In this document: piece by piece, positions 24,651-37,300 of the stretch | How positions within the stretch are numbered: position 1 is the first letter of the stretch | Layout of the letters: each line of letters begins with the position of its first letter | Source of the DNA: Macrostomum hystrix | Taxonomy: Eukaryota; Animalia; Platyhelminthes | Assembly: GCA_950097015.1 (NCBI GenBank) | Contig: CATNEN010000029.1 | Span: 2,976,001 to 3,040,000 of the forward strand | Reading direction: 5' to 3' | Length of the DNA: 64,000 nt | Translations under genes and position numbers: made by a program | The notes under the pieces: generated by a model | The model's input: the letters and a program-made list of their open reading frames with translations, nothing else | What the model was told of the DNA's origin: nothing | The model's database searches: none

Positions 24651-27600
24651 ATGGGGAGGCGGAAGTTATCTGTTGCTAAGTCATCAATATCATATTACCG
24701 TAAAAGTCACAAGAGGCCTCGAGTTTTGCGAACCACAGTAACGACGCAGTGCAATAATATGTGAGTTTGCTCTGTTTAGAACCTTAGTTTTTCTACTATT
24801 TTTAGAGTAATATTTTTTCCTTTCAGGGACGAAATCCATATTGATGATAACCGTGAGGCTGTTTATGTGCCTGAGGAAGAATGGAAAGATGTACCTGAAG
24901 GCAGGGATCATCTTGATCCATACGATTGTACAGTGCCCTCAAGAAGCCGCACGAAAAAGTCACCCAGTCGTTTCAAGCAGTTTTGCGACGATGAATCCGC
25001 TGCTTGGAATGACTTGTTTGAGTCTGGAGCTCTTCTCAACGATTTTGCCACCTACTTCAATAGGCACCCATGTGTTATCTGTGGTGTCTCGTCCGACAAC
25101 ATATTCCGCTGTACAAAATGCCACCTGCTGTCAGTGTGCACTGCCTGTCTAGAAGTAAAGCATGCACACAACCCACCTCATGTTGTACAACACTGGAATG
25201 TAAGGAAAGCCTTTTTGTTCATAATTCTTCAGATTTCAAGAAGTGCATACAATATTTTTCCTCTTCTGAATGTATCTCATTCTACAAGGGCAAATTCTTT
25301 GAAGCTGTCGAATCGAATGCTCGACTGGCTCGAATGTGTGCTTGTAATTCAGCAATTGCTGGCGTATTTCCTGTTACTGTCATCACAGACAATGGTAAAA
25401 TTATTTAGACATTGTTAAATTTGTTTATTTCTGTGTTAATTAATTTTAATATAATTGATTGATGGCAAAAGCTCGCATGTTCTTAACCCATATTCTAGAT
25501 GCAAGTGAGATGCAAGTTGATTTAGAAGTTTGCTCCTGTGCAACTTACCATTCTGCTCTTCTGGTACATGGCTTCTGGCCTTTGCAAGCAAGACCAGAAT
25601 GTTCTAAAATGTTAACTGCTATTGCAGTGGAACTTCTACTACTGCTTGATTCGCTTAATTGCAACTGCACTGCATCCTTATCATCTCTCTGTTGGGCTCT
25701 TAAGTGTTATCGTGAGTCAATTTGGACGCATAAATACCCATCCGTAAGTTTTACAGGCACCATAGCCCCTGACTAACAAGTTATTCTATTTTATCTACGT
25801 ATTTCAGTGTATTCCTTACTTCCTGTAACACTTTGCAGCTCGATCTATTTCGAGCGCTAAATTTGGCTGGCGCGTTTAAATCGTTTCGACGTGTACTTCA
25901 AAGCTTTCGATGGGGAGAAAAAACAACATGTCCCGCTTGTTATTTGGTAATTTTATTTAAATTCATTTACAAATTACTCCGTTTTCTATTACCTTTCCAA
26001 TCCCACTATTTTACAATTACCATGACTTGTATGAAATCTCACAGGTCAACGCGAATGCCTCTAGTGAAGAGCCAGTTTTTTTAATGATGGACGGCTGTTT
26101 TGGTCTTCGCCATCGAAAATCTGCTGGAAATGCCGCTCCACCACCTCCCTCTGGCTTTTTTCTTGACGTTGACCTCACTGAGAAATGTCCACCCTCGACA
26201 GGACACTGTGCAAACTGGAATGCAGGTGGAAGAGGTCGAAGTCTAGCGACTTCTTCAGATAGTGCTAAGCTAGATGTCTTTGGTGCATTCTCTGGTTCCT
26301 GCAGACATTCTGCAATAACTTATTTGGCCGATATGACATCGACTGGCGAACGGTAAATTGTTTTTGGAAGCATAAAATTACCGTTTTTAATGACCTCACT
26401 ATTTCGTGTTTTTTCAATTTTTATTTCTTCTTAGACTTAACTATTCCACGACTATGATTGCTCAAATGATTCGGGATGTTCCGCCAATGGTGCCAATCGT
26501 CGTCTCCTACGACATCGGGTGCAAGCTAACCGGTCGCTTTAACGACTCAAGGCTGTCTTTTGCCATTCCGGCTTTTCATTCCTATGGGCATGTTCTACGC
26601 TGTCAACTTTCCCATGGTATACGCTCTGTTCAGTCAGTCGGCCTGACAGATGGCGAGAGCGTAGAGCGCGTCTGGGCAACGCTTCGACGATTCGGCCCTC
26701 AGCTGAAAGAGATGGCTCACGATAACCGTCGGGAATTTTTGAACTATCTAGCGAATACTATCAACTTCCAGTGTATCACAAAGATCAGTAAGTATTAGTT
26801 CTATACATAGTGAAGCAGAAATTGCGTAAAATAGTGGAAACCCAACAAAAGACTGCGGCATATAAGCAGACAAAAAACCCATAGTTTAACCGATACAATG
26901 CGCTAAAATTAAAATCTTACTTTAGCTACCTGGCTTATCGGCCGAAAAGCAGTGGAGAGAAAGGCAATCCAGCAGTTCCAAGCTGAGCTTTCGGCTTTTC
27001 TACTCCAGAACAATTCTTCGAGTAAGTTGTTGCCGTTGCATTTTAAATTGGAGTTTAAATGAATTTTGTGTCGGTAGTTTATGGACGAGGGTGTGGATAC
27101 CATTTAAGGAATTATCTTTTTACCTCATTAACTGACCTCTATAGTGAGCCTGGACGATTTTCTTAACGCTGCGGCCGGTTGGAGGCAGGAGCTTCTCGAT
27201 ATACTAACTGCACATTCCAAAGCATCTTCACCCAAATCTAAAGCCATTCAAAAGCTCTATGGAATTGCCTGCGAGCGCCGGTATTTGATTGAACATGTCG
27301 GGACAGAACGTGGACAGCGCATGCAAAAGCTTCTTCGAGTTTCTCTTAACAAACTGCTTTCCAAATCAAAAGCGATCTGCTCGAGTTTTAACAGTGCTCA
27401 TCCTACAGACCAACTAGATCAGAGCCACTTCATTAAGCCTGAAGCACCCGGCTTCGAGGAACTTGTGAGCATCAGAAACCAAGCTCAAAAGGTACATGCT
27501 GTGAAGCTTCGAGACCTGTACCTTCGTATCCAGGAGGAGTCGCGTCTGGTAGCTGCGGAAGCAGAGAGGACTTCGCTATTTCTCACTGAAGCGGCTCGCA

Positions 27601-28001
27601 AAGCACGTATGGAAGTACAAGCAGCTCGAGAAGGTCCATTGGCTGCCGCACTGTCTATGAGAGAAAATGGCATTCTTCAGATACTCCAAGCTCACTTAGC
27701 AGCCTTCCCGTCAGAAAGTCAAGCAGTTCAATCTACTTCGAGCAGCATTTCCTGCCTGGAGACAGCACGGGGTAAAGCGCATAAAGCATGATCACATTTT
27801 CATACTGACATTTCATATTTGCAAATGTTGTGTGGCGTAATGGTTAAATAATTAATTTCTGATGCTTGTACCCTGGATTTTTTAGCGTCCAGTGCTTCTG
27901 GGGACGAATCCTCGAGTTCACAATCTTCATCGCCGGAAAGTGATTTCAAGAGCGAATTTGAATGCACATCCGAGAGCGAATCCGAGTATGAATCAGACTA
28001 A
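24651..28001 (+). CDS. KDZ transposase with N-terminal CxC (CxC2/3-like) cysteine cluster; 10 exons, 813 aa, apparently intact
   Basis: Exons 24651-24760, 24827-25199, 25289-25394, 25499-25743, 25839-25946, 26045-26352, 26435-26787, 26926-27021, 27145-27771, 27886-28001. All introns are GT-AG with consistent phases. Motifs: CVIC..RCTKC..CTAC..H..PH..W, CPAC, MMDGCF, SCRH..DM..GE, SYDIGC, FHSYGH..CQ, G.TDGESVER.W (D-D-E triad intact). Acidic tail. AATAAA at 28069. Confidence 0.9.
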
Positions 28002-29019
28002 TCTAGGACACAGCGACTGAGCTAGTTTTCTATTTAGCTTCGAGTAACATTGCTCACTTATTTATTTTAATAAAGCTAATTTAACCATTGCAATTTTCTA
28101 ATTTGTAAAAAATGCATATAAAAAATGTGTTCCCATGTATGCTGTGAACCTGGGACATGGGACACTCACTGCTTTACGTTTAAAAGTTGAACTTCCTATT
28201 GTCTTGCTTTGTAATGTTTGACGCAACTATTGTCGAAAAATGTCGAAATCAGGTAGTATTTAGCACGGTTGTATATTACATTTTTAAGCGCAATCTCTAT
28301 CTTCTTTGAAAGCAGGGGCCAAATTTATAACTAGCAGACCACTAGCATTTCCTATGCCTATGGATTAAAAGTATTTTACAGTATTGCTTTTCCTTAAAAT
28401 ACTCGTACTGGTAATGCTAAATAGTTACTGCAACTGCAACTGCTACAGCTCGTAATGCAAATTTTCATAAATATTCTTGTGTGTTATTTAATATGCTCTT
28501 CCTATGTAAGTTTGCATAAAAATAGAACGAAAAATATCGAAAACAATTATTTCTCTTATGAGTACGAACGAATGCAGGAAATGTTACAGTTGCATGATAA
28601 ATGTAGCCACTTTCATTCTTTTTAAATAGTATTATATTTTTTGCAAGAACAGCGAAACTACCCTAGAGGCAAACCCTAGGAGTGTCTGTACAATTGTGGT
28701 TTAGCCCAGCTTCCATGTGCCCTGAAAAGCTGCTTCTAAGGGCTAATTGGTAATTGAAAGCAGAAGTCCGAATTATGCCGAATCCGAAATATTTTACTTC
28801 TTTCTTACAGTTTTGAAACTATTTTTACCGCATAGATAACAGCGCCATAACTTTAAGGACTACCATGGTACATATGCATGCTAACATCTGCCGCCATGCT
28901 GTTTCGCCGTTAGTTGTAAATAGCTGAACGCCATGCTATATAGAATAGCAGGGTTCTGATAGGAACATTTTACGCCATGTTGTTTCTAATTACAGCGCCA
29001 AGCTGTTTCTAATAAAGTG

Positions 29020-29950
29020 CGCCATGCTGTTTCTGATAACAGCGCCATGCTCTAAGGAACCATGGTACATATGCATACCAACACTCGTCGCCATGCTGTT
29101 TCTGATTACAGCGCCATGCTCTAAGGAACCATGGTACATATGCATACCAACACTCGTCGCCATGCTGTTTCTGATAACAGCGCCATGCTCTAAGGAACCA
29201 TGGTACACATGCATACCAACACTCGTCGCCATGCTGTTTCTGATAACAGCGCCATGCTCTAAGGAACCATGGTACATATGCATACCAACACTCGTCGCCA
29301 TGCTGTTTCTGATAACAGCGCCATGCTCTAAGGAACCATGGTACATATGCATACCAACACTCATCGCCATGCTGTTTCTGAATACAGCGCCATGCTCTAA
29401 GGAACCATGGTACATATGCATACCAACACTCGTCGCCATGCTGTTTCTGATTACAGCGCCATGCTCTAAGGAACCATGGTACATATGCATACCAACACTC
29501 GTCGCCATGCTGTTTCTGATAACAGCGCCATGCTCTAAGGAACCATGGTACATATGCATACCAACACTCGTCGCCATGCTGTTTCTGATAACAGCGCCAT
29601 GCTCTAAGGAACCATGGTACACATGCATACCAACACTCGTCGCCATGCTGTTTCTGATAACAGCGCCATGCTCTAAGGAACCATGGTACATATGCATACC
29701 AACACTCGTCGCCATGCTGTTTCTGATAACAGCGCCATGCTCTAAGGAACCATGGTACATATGCATACCAACACTCGTCGCCATGCTGTTTCTGATAACA
29801 GCGCCATGCTCTAAGGAACCATGGTACATATGCATACCAACACTCGTCGCCATGCTGTTTCTGATAACAGCGCCATGCTCTAAGGAACCATGGTACATAT
29901 GCATACCAACACTCGTCGCCATGCTGTTTCTGATTACAGCGCCATGCTGT
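29020..29950. repeat. 69-bp satellite inside the transposon
   Basis: About 13.5 copies of GCCATGCTGTTTCTGATAACAGCGCCATGCTCTAAGGAACCATGGTACATATGCATACCAACACTCGTC, with a partial degenerate copy at ~28845-28910. Confidence 0.95.
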
Positions 29951-30019
29951 ATAGAAAAGCATGGCGCTAGCTATCGTAAAGTTAAAGTAAAGGAAAGCAA
30001 AACTACTGTCCTACTGGTT

Positions 30020-30150
30020 AATGCTACCCTCTCAACTACCCCAGCTAATGCTGGCACATTTAACAGTTGGGTGAACTGATGAAAAACAGTTAAGCGTCTT
30101 GCCAATGGACACACATTTTTCTAGTGGAATTGATATTCGAACTCTGAGCA
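30020..30150 (-). mobile_element. SINE family B fragment nested in the KDZ element
   Basis: CAACTACCCCAGCTAATGCTGGCACATTTAACAGTTGGGTGAACTGA matches the other family B copies. Confidence 0.6.
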
Positions 30151-32870
30151 TGAGTAAAAAAGCCTTTTATTTAATCAAAATCTCTGTAAGCGAACCTGGA
30201 ATAGGATCGGAAAGCTGGCTCTAAATTACAGAATATAGCGTTGCTTTGGACAGAGCGACATCTATGCAAAAGCAGTTAATCAACATCATAGGATTTCTTG
30301 AATTCAACAGCCAGGTGAAATTTTCAGATAAGCTGTGACGAACCGTACAATGTTACGAGTCTGCCGCCGACAACCGTAAGTGTCTCGTATTTATCCTACT
30401 ATATTAATCCTAAAAGTACTGGGAAACATAGGCATTACGTACTGTTTGAGTAATTTACGGGACTTAGCCTGTAAGTAATTTTTAAACTTTAATTGTTTAA
30501 GGGGTGCTACGTACTGCTGGAGACTGCTGTCTTATATGTCACAGAAGACAGCGAGAGACAGCGAGTTCAGGCAGGAAACTTTAGAGTGATTGTGCTAAAG
30601 CATATTGGAATATGCCGCCGCCCCAGTCCATACATGTACAATTGGCTCGTACCAAACCAACCTCGCAATTGAACTTTAAGTCAAAGCGGGCTCTCGAGAC
30701 CATGCAGCCAGCGTCTTAGCTGTCAACTTCAACTCACGACCATTCAAGTCTCAACTCAAAGGATTCTGCTGGTGGGATATTAGATCTAGGGATTAGATAG
30801 GTGTATTGGACTTTTGATGTTGGGTTCTTGCATCGGAGACTGATTTAAATAGACTTAGTAAGTCAAGTAGATTTATGCAACTTCTACTATATACATGTAC
30901 CCCTGTATATTGTGATACCCCTGATCGAATTAGCTGAGAATGTCACACTTGTAATGGTTTTCGAGCCTAACGAGATTTTATTAGTTTTTAATTCTCTTAA
31001 GGGCAGCGTGCGGTTAGGTTGTCGTCTACGGGAAAATAATGCACTGAATTCAACTTGGATTACGTAAATTTCCAGTCAATTGTAATGAGCCGATATTCTC
31101 GTCTCTTTTGTGCGAATAGCGCGCGCTTTATTATTTACATCGCTTACATTTGAAATGCAATGTATATATGTATACATTGCATACATATGCATTCTGTATA
31201 TCCAGAATGCTCAATCGAGCATATTATTTATTTTCGAAGCATAGCGCCCATAGCGCCATAGCGCCAAATCATGTGTTATAGCAATGTTGTCTTCATTGCT
31301 TTTATGTTGTTGTACTAGGTTATGTTACTACAATGTTGACTCCATGTTGCAATGGCAATATATATATTTCTTACCGCATCAAGCTTATCATCCTACTGAT
31401 AGCAGATCAGATGGAATTCTAAGTTTGACTATGTCGATAAAAATATTGATGAAAGTGTGTGTGCTATATAATTATATAATATAATATAATATTCTAAAAA
31501 GTTAAGGATGTGGTATGCTAAATTAGTCAAGATCCATCAAAATTAAGGGGCATCCCGAAATTACTTTTGTCAGTGGTACCCCCATCAAAAAGACTATAGT
31601 CACGCCAGGCAGGGGTGTACCGACTTTGAGCGGACCCCATTTGAGAACCGCTTTATCTAGAGAGATGAGATTTGATGGATTTTGATGGGATTTCATGTCC
31701 CGTACTCTGGGATAGAAGTAGAAGAGATCCCCGTCGAAAACCGGAGTCTAAAAGACAGCCTGCGGCGTCAGAATGTCACCCAGTGTAAATTGTATCTCCC
31801 CTGTGTATTTCGTCAAATTTTCTAGGTGACTTTCCAGGTTAATAAGTTCGAGGAGAAATCATTTGTAATCATGAAACTAACTCAGTCGTGTAGGAAATTG
31901 TTTCTAGATTGATTTCCAATCGAATCCGACTCGATAAACTGTGCTCAAATATTTTGGGACACCGACGACAGCCATATACTACTGACAGTAGTCAAAGTCG
32001 ATAAAATTACAAAAAATTAGTAAGAAAATTGTCATAACTTTTTTCTTCAAAAGATATTGAGCTCGGACCGCCTAGAATGAATTTCCCGTCCGAAAATAGT
32101 TTAGAAAACACAGTACCTAATAGTATGGAAGCAGTAGCTAGCAATCGGCTAGCTATTGCGTGGCTCATCTAAGTCTACGTACGGCTGTTTCATCCATGGA
32201 AAGTGTTTTAGCCTTGCTAAAGGGCAAAAATAGTTCTAAGAGATTATGAAGACAGAATCATCGCTGAAGACAGCGCCAGCCTTAAAGACAGCGCCAGCCC
32301 TGAAGACAGCGCCTTCCTCGAAGACAGTGCATGCATCGAAATCCAATGTACCTTTTAATTTCAAAAAAGAGAATAAGCAAATAACAAGACAAGCAGCACT
32401 ATACCACTGAAAATGAATAACAAGTAACAAATGGGACGAAGAAAACAGTAACAAAAATTGTTCATAAAATAAAAAAATGTCATCATTTTTTCTCTTTAAA
32501 CAGTGATATGGAAAACACGTGTATTGCACCATTTAACTGGATGGTTGTATCATACTTGCAACAAAACACAAAAAATAGAAATGCAATCAGACGCTTCGTA
32601 TTAACTCTTGTACAAACTGGCGTATTATTAGCGGGGTGCTATCACAAGCTCGAAATTTCACAACACCGAAAAGTATTTTTTCATTAGGTCGAAACTTTAG
32701 TTTTTAGTTTTTAGGCCTAAATCAGGGGTCGGCAAACTTATATGGCTCGAGGGTCACAGAGAGAGTACAAGAGACGACAGCGGGCCGTGCTGATAGAGGT
32801 GACTTCATATAGAGGTGACTACTTTCAAAGATCACTTCATTATCACTTCATCTTAATATTTATCGCGGCT

Positions 32871-34232
32871 TCAATGAAGACGTACAGGAGTATAAGAAAC
32901 GGCAACCTTCCGGCAGACATTGACGCCAGCCGACCCGCCAGCACCAGTCGATGACGCAGAAATTCTGACGCTGTTAGCCGACACCGTACTACTGGACTGG
33001 TCAACAATGATCGGTGGTAGGTCGGCAAAAGTTTTTTTTTCAAAGAAAATAGACTCCTTTTTTGACCATATAGCGGCTAAGTCCTTTTTGCACAGCCGCT
33101 GCGGGTGACAGTCTTGCCGAACACCGGTTGGCCAATTAATCCACCGACCAAAGCGGGTGTGATTGGAGTACTGGAGCTGTCGGTTTTTAATAACCTTCGC
33201 TGCAAGGAAAAAGTAAAAACGCGAGTATGATTCAAGAAGCAGTGCTGGCCGGTATGGTACCTGCTCATGAATTCAAGACAATGCTTTTGACGAACTAACA
33301 GAAAAATACGAGTACTTACAAAATTTTTTTTGCAAAAGCTCGCTAACCGCGACACGAAGACCAGCAGCGGTAGTGAGGCCACCACTATCAGTATTTGCCA
33401 AAGCAGATTGAAGAGCCTAAAAATAAGATTCCCAGGGCTACAACGGTGTGGCCACATTCAATAACATACTCGTAGAATTGCGCCAGATCCAAAACAACAT
33501 AATAATACTCTTTCCTAAATCCACAAAAAATTTTATACTATCTTACCAAAGCAATATTTCGCTTTTCGCAAAACCCTGTCACGTCTTCCGACTCGAAGAC
33601 GCTGGTTACTCCGCCGCTTTTTGGATGAAGCAGTACGATGGCATGTAAACCAGCTGAGTCAGCAGAATCAATCTGAAATTCCATATACCCTCGTTGAGTT
33701 ACATTGACTTAAGGAGAGTAAGTAACATCCGAAGCCTACTTAAAAACGTTTGAATAAAACGGCTAAATATTCCTGAATAAGTCAATTGCATTTTTTCTTA
33801 CTTACAAGCTTACTAGCAGCCTTTCGAAGCTTCCGTTTGGTTACATCTATGCTACTTTTCCGTTGATCAGCAGCATTTCTCAACAAAATACGCTCCGCGT
33901 CTCCTAAGTTTGCGTACGATGCTCGCAAACTTTCCATCTGGTCTGAAAGGCGGAAAACGGATTAGTTTGAATTTTGACACCGAGCTAAATAGCAGTAAAA
34001 AGAGAAAGTGATCGAAAGAAGCTCATACAATTTAGCTACCTAAAGACAAGAAAATTGTCATGGTTACAATGTCAGGCGAATCCTCGAGTCAAGACGATAA
34101 AGATATAACAACAGCGTGAAGAAGATTGATTAAAAACTACTCATTTCTACTACTACTCCATACGAAGCATCACTCACGAGTAATACTAACACCCGGAGTG
34201 CAGTTTCGGCGGCAATGCTCCTTCCAAGACAT
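32871..34232 (-). CDS. Transposon partner protein, 5 exons, 247 aa; HMG-box-like N-terminus and a C-terminal WP-GV..P motif
   Basis: Exons 34232-34178, 33942-33806, 33672-33547, 33416-33320, 33199-32871. All have GT-AG sites (gtgagt, gtaagt, gtaaga, gtaagt), matching phases and no internal stop. The protein begins MSWKEHCRRNCTPGVSITHQMESLRASYANLGDAERILLRNAADQRK and contains WINWPTGVRQDCHPQRLCKKDLAAIW. Confidence 0.82.
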
Positions 34233-34359
34233 TCTGAAAGCACAAAAACGTTGAAAAATATAAAATAACAGAACATCTAACCACAAAAGAAGAAAATGCA
34301 CCCAACAGTATAAGAAAGGAAGGACCTAAAGGTAGGGAGGGTGGAGGGGGGAAAATAGA

Positions 34360-37300
34360 GGTGGGACAACAGGGAGGGTGGAACAGCAGGTAGGGCTAGC
34401 AGGGAGGGCAGCACAGCAGGGCGGGTGGGACAGCAGGGAGGGTGGGACAGCAGGTAGGGCTAGCAGGGAGGGCAGCACAGCAGGGCGGGTGGGACAGCAG
34501 GGAGGGTGAGGCAGCAGGTAGGGCTAGCAGGGAGGGCAGCACAGCAGGGAGGGTGGGACAGCAGGGAGGGTGGGACAGCAAGGAGGGTGGGACAGCAGGT
34601 AGGGCTAGCAGGGAGGGCAGCACAGCAGGGAGGGTGGGACAGCAGGTAGGGTGGGACAGCAGGGAGGGTGGGACAGCAGGTAGGGTGGGACAGCAGGGAG
34701 GGTGGGACAGCAGGGAGGGTGGGACAGCAGGGAGGGTGGGACAGCAGGGAGGGTGAGACAGCAGGGAGGGTGGGACAGCAGGGAGGGTGGGACAGCAGGG
34801 AGGGTGGGACAGCAGGGAGGGTGGGACAGCAGGGAGGGTGGGACAGCAGGGAGGGTGGGACAGCAGGTAGGGCTAGCAGGGAGGGCAGCACAGCAGGGCG
34901 GGTGGGACAGCAGGGAGGGTGGGGCAGCAGGTAGGGCTAGCAGGGAGGGTGGGACAGCAGGGAGGGTGGGACAGCAGGGAGGGTGGGACAGCAGGTAGGG
35001 CTAGCAGGGAGGGCAGCACAGCAGGGAGGGTGGGACAGCAGGGAGGGTGGGACAGCAGGGAGGGTGGGACAGCAGGGAGGGCAGCACAGCAGGGAGGGTG
35101 GGACAGCAGGGAGGGTGGGACAGCAGGTAGGGCTAGCAGGGAGGGCAGCACAGCAGGGAGGGTGGGACAGCAGGGAGGGTAGGACAGCAGGTAGGGCTAG
35201 CAGGGAGGGCAGCACAGCAGGGAGGGTGGGACAGCAGGTAGGGTGGGACAGCAGGGAGGGTGGGACAGCAGGGAGCGTGGGACAGCAGGGAGGGTGGGAC
35301 AGCAGGGAGGGTGAGACAGCAGGGAGGGTGGGACAGCAGGGAGGGTGGGACAGCAGGGAGGGTGGGACAGCAGGGAGGGTGGGACAGCAGGGAGGGTGAG
35401 ACAGCAGGGAGGGTGGGACAGCAGGGAGGGTGGGACAGCAGGGAGGGTGGGACAGCAGGGAGGGTGGGACAGCAGGTAGGGCTAGCAGGGAGGGCAGCAC
35501 AGCAGGGAGGGTGGGACAGCAGGGAGGGTAGGACAGCAGGGAGGGTGGGACAGCAGGGAGGGTGGGACAGCAGGGAGGGTAGGACAGCAGGTAGGGCTAG
35601 CAGGGAGGGCAGCACAGCAGGGAGGGTGGGACAGCAGGTAGGGTGGGACAGCAGGGAGGGTGGGACAGCAGGGAGCGTGGGACAGCAGGGAGGGTAGGAC
35701 AGCAGGTAGGGCTAGCAGGGAGGGCAGCACAGCAGGGAGGGTGGGACAGCAGGGAGGGTAGGACAGCAGGGAGGGTGGGACAGCAGGGAGGGTGGGACAG
35801 CAGGGAGGGTAGGACAGCAGGTAGGGCTAGCAGGGAGGGCAGCACAGCAGGGAGGGTGGGACAGCAGGTAGGGTGGGACAGCAGGGAGGGTGGGACAGCA
35901 GGGAGCGTGGGACAGCAGGGAGGGTGGGACAGCAGGGAGGGTGAGACAGCAGGGAGGGTGGGACAGCAGGGAGGGCAGCACAGCAGGGAGGGTGGGACAG
36001 CAGGGAGGGTGGGACAGCAGGGAGGGTGGGACAACAGGGAGGGTGGGACAGCAGGGAGGGTAGGACAGCAGGTAGAGCTAGCAGGGAGGGCAGCACAGCA
36101 GGGAGAGTGGGACAGCAGGGAGGGTGGGACAGCAGGGAGGGTGAGACAGCAGGGAGGGTGGGACAGCAGGGAGGGTGGGACAGCAGGGAGGGTGGGACAG
36201 CAGGGAGGGTGGGACAGCAGGGAGGGTGGGACAGCAGGGAGGGTGGGACAGCAGGTAGGGCTAGCAGGGAGGGCAGCACAGCAGGGCGGGTGGGACAGCA
36301 GGTAGGGTGGGACAGCAGGGAGGTTGGGACAGCAGGGAGGGTTGGACAGCAGGGAGGGTGGGACAACAGGGAGGGTGGGACAGCAGGGAGGGTAGGACAG
36401 CAGGTAGAGCTAGCAGGGAGGGCAGCACAGCAGGGAGAGTGGGACAGCAGGGAGGGTGGGACAGCAGGGAGGGTGAGACAGCAGGGAGGGTGGGACAGCA
36501 GGGAGGGTGGGACAGCAGGGAGGGTGGGACAGCAGGGAGGGTGGGACAGCAGGGAGGGTGGGACAGCAGGGAGGGTGGGACAGCAGGTAGGGCTAGCAGG
36601 GAGGGCAGCACAGCAGGGCGGGTGGGACAGCAGGTAGGGTGGGACAGCAGGGAGGTTGGGACAGCAGGGAGGGTGGGACAGCAGGGAGGGTGGGACAGCA
36701 GGGAGGGTGAGACAGCAGGGAGGGTGGGACAGCAGGGAGGGTGGGACAGCAGGGAGGGTGGGACAGCAGGGAGGGTGGGACAGCAGGGAGGGTGGGACAG
36801 CAGGGAGGGCTAGCAGGGAGGGCAGCACAGCAGGGAGGGTGGGACAGCAGGGAGGGTGGGACAGCAGGGTGGGACAGCAGGGAGGGCAGCACAGCAGGGA
36901 GGGTGGGACAGCAGGGAGGGTGGGACAGCAGGGAGGGTGGGACAACAGGGAGGGTGGGACAGCAGGTAGGGCTAGCAGGGAGGGCAGCACAGCAGGGATG
37001 ATGGGACAGCAGGGAGGGTGGGACAGCAGGGAGGGTGGGACAGCAGGTAGGGCTAGCAGGGAGGGCAGCACAGCAGGGAGGGTGGGACAGCAGGGAGGGT
37101 AGGACAGCAGGGAGGGTGGGACAGCAGGGAGGGTAGGACAGCAGGTAGAGCTAGCAGGGAGGGCAGCACAGCAGGGAGGGTGGGACAGCAGGGAGGGTAG
37201 GACAGCAGGTAGAGCTAGCAGGGAGGGCAGCACAGCAGGGAGGGTGGGACAGCAGGGAGGGTGGGACAGCAGGGAGGGTGGGACAACAGGGAGGGTGGGA

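Noticed and set aside
24867-27791. Separate short ORFs in the track, read as independent genes or a broken pseudogene
   Set aside because: They join through canonical introns into one uninterrupted 813-aa KDZ transposase.
28990-30079. 310-351-aa ORFs with 23-aa repeats, and a possible CRISPR-like array
   Set aside because: Head-to-tail 69-bp satellite with no unique spacers. Eukaryotic context, no cas genes.
28000-32870. TET/JBP dioxygenase or SUMO-protease cargo expected from other KDZ/Zisupton elements
   Set aside because: No HxD...H 2OG-Fe(II) motif set and no Ulp1 catalytic context found. A lone VHW in one minus-strand frame near 32333 is insufficient.
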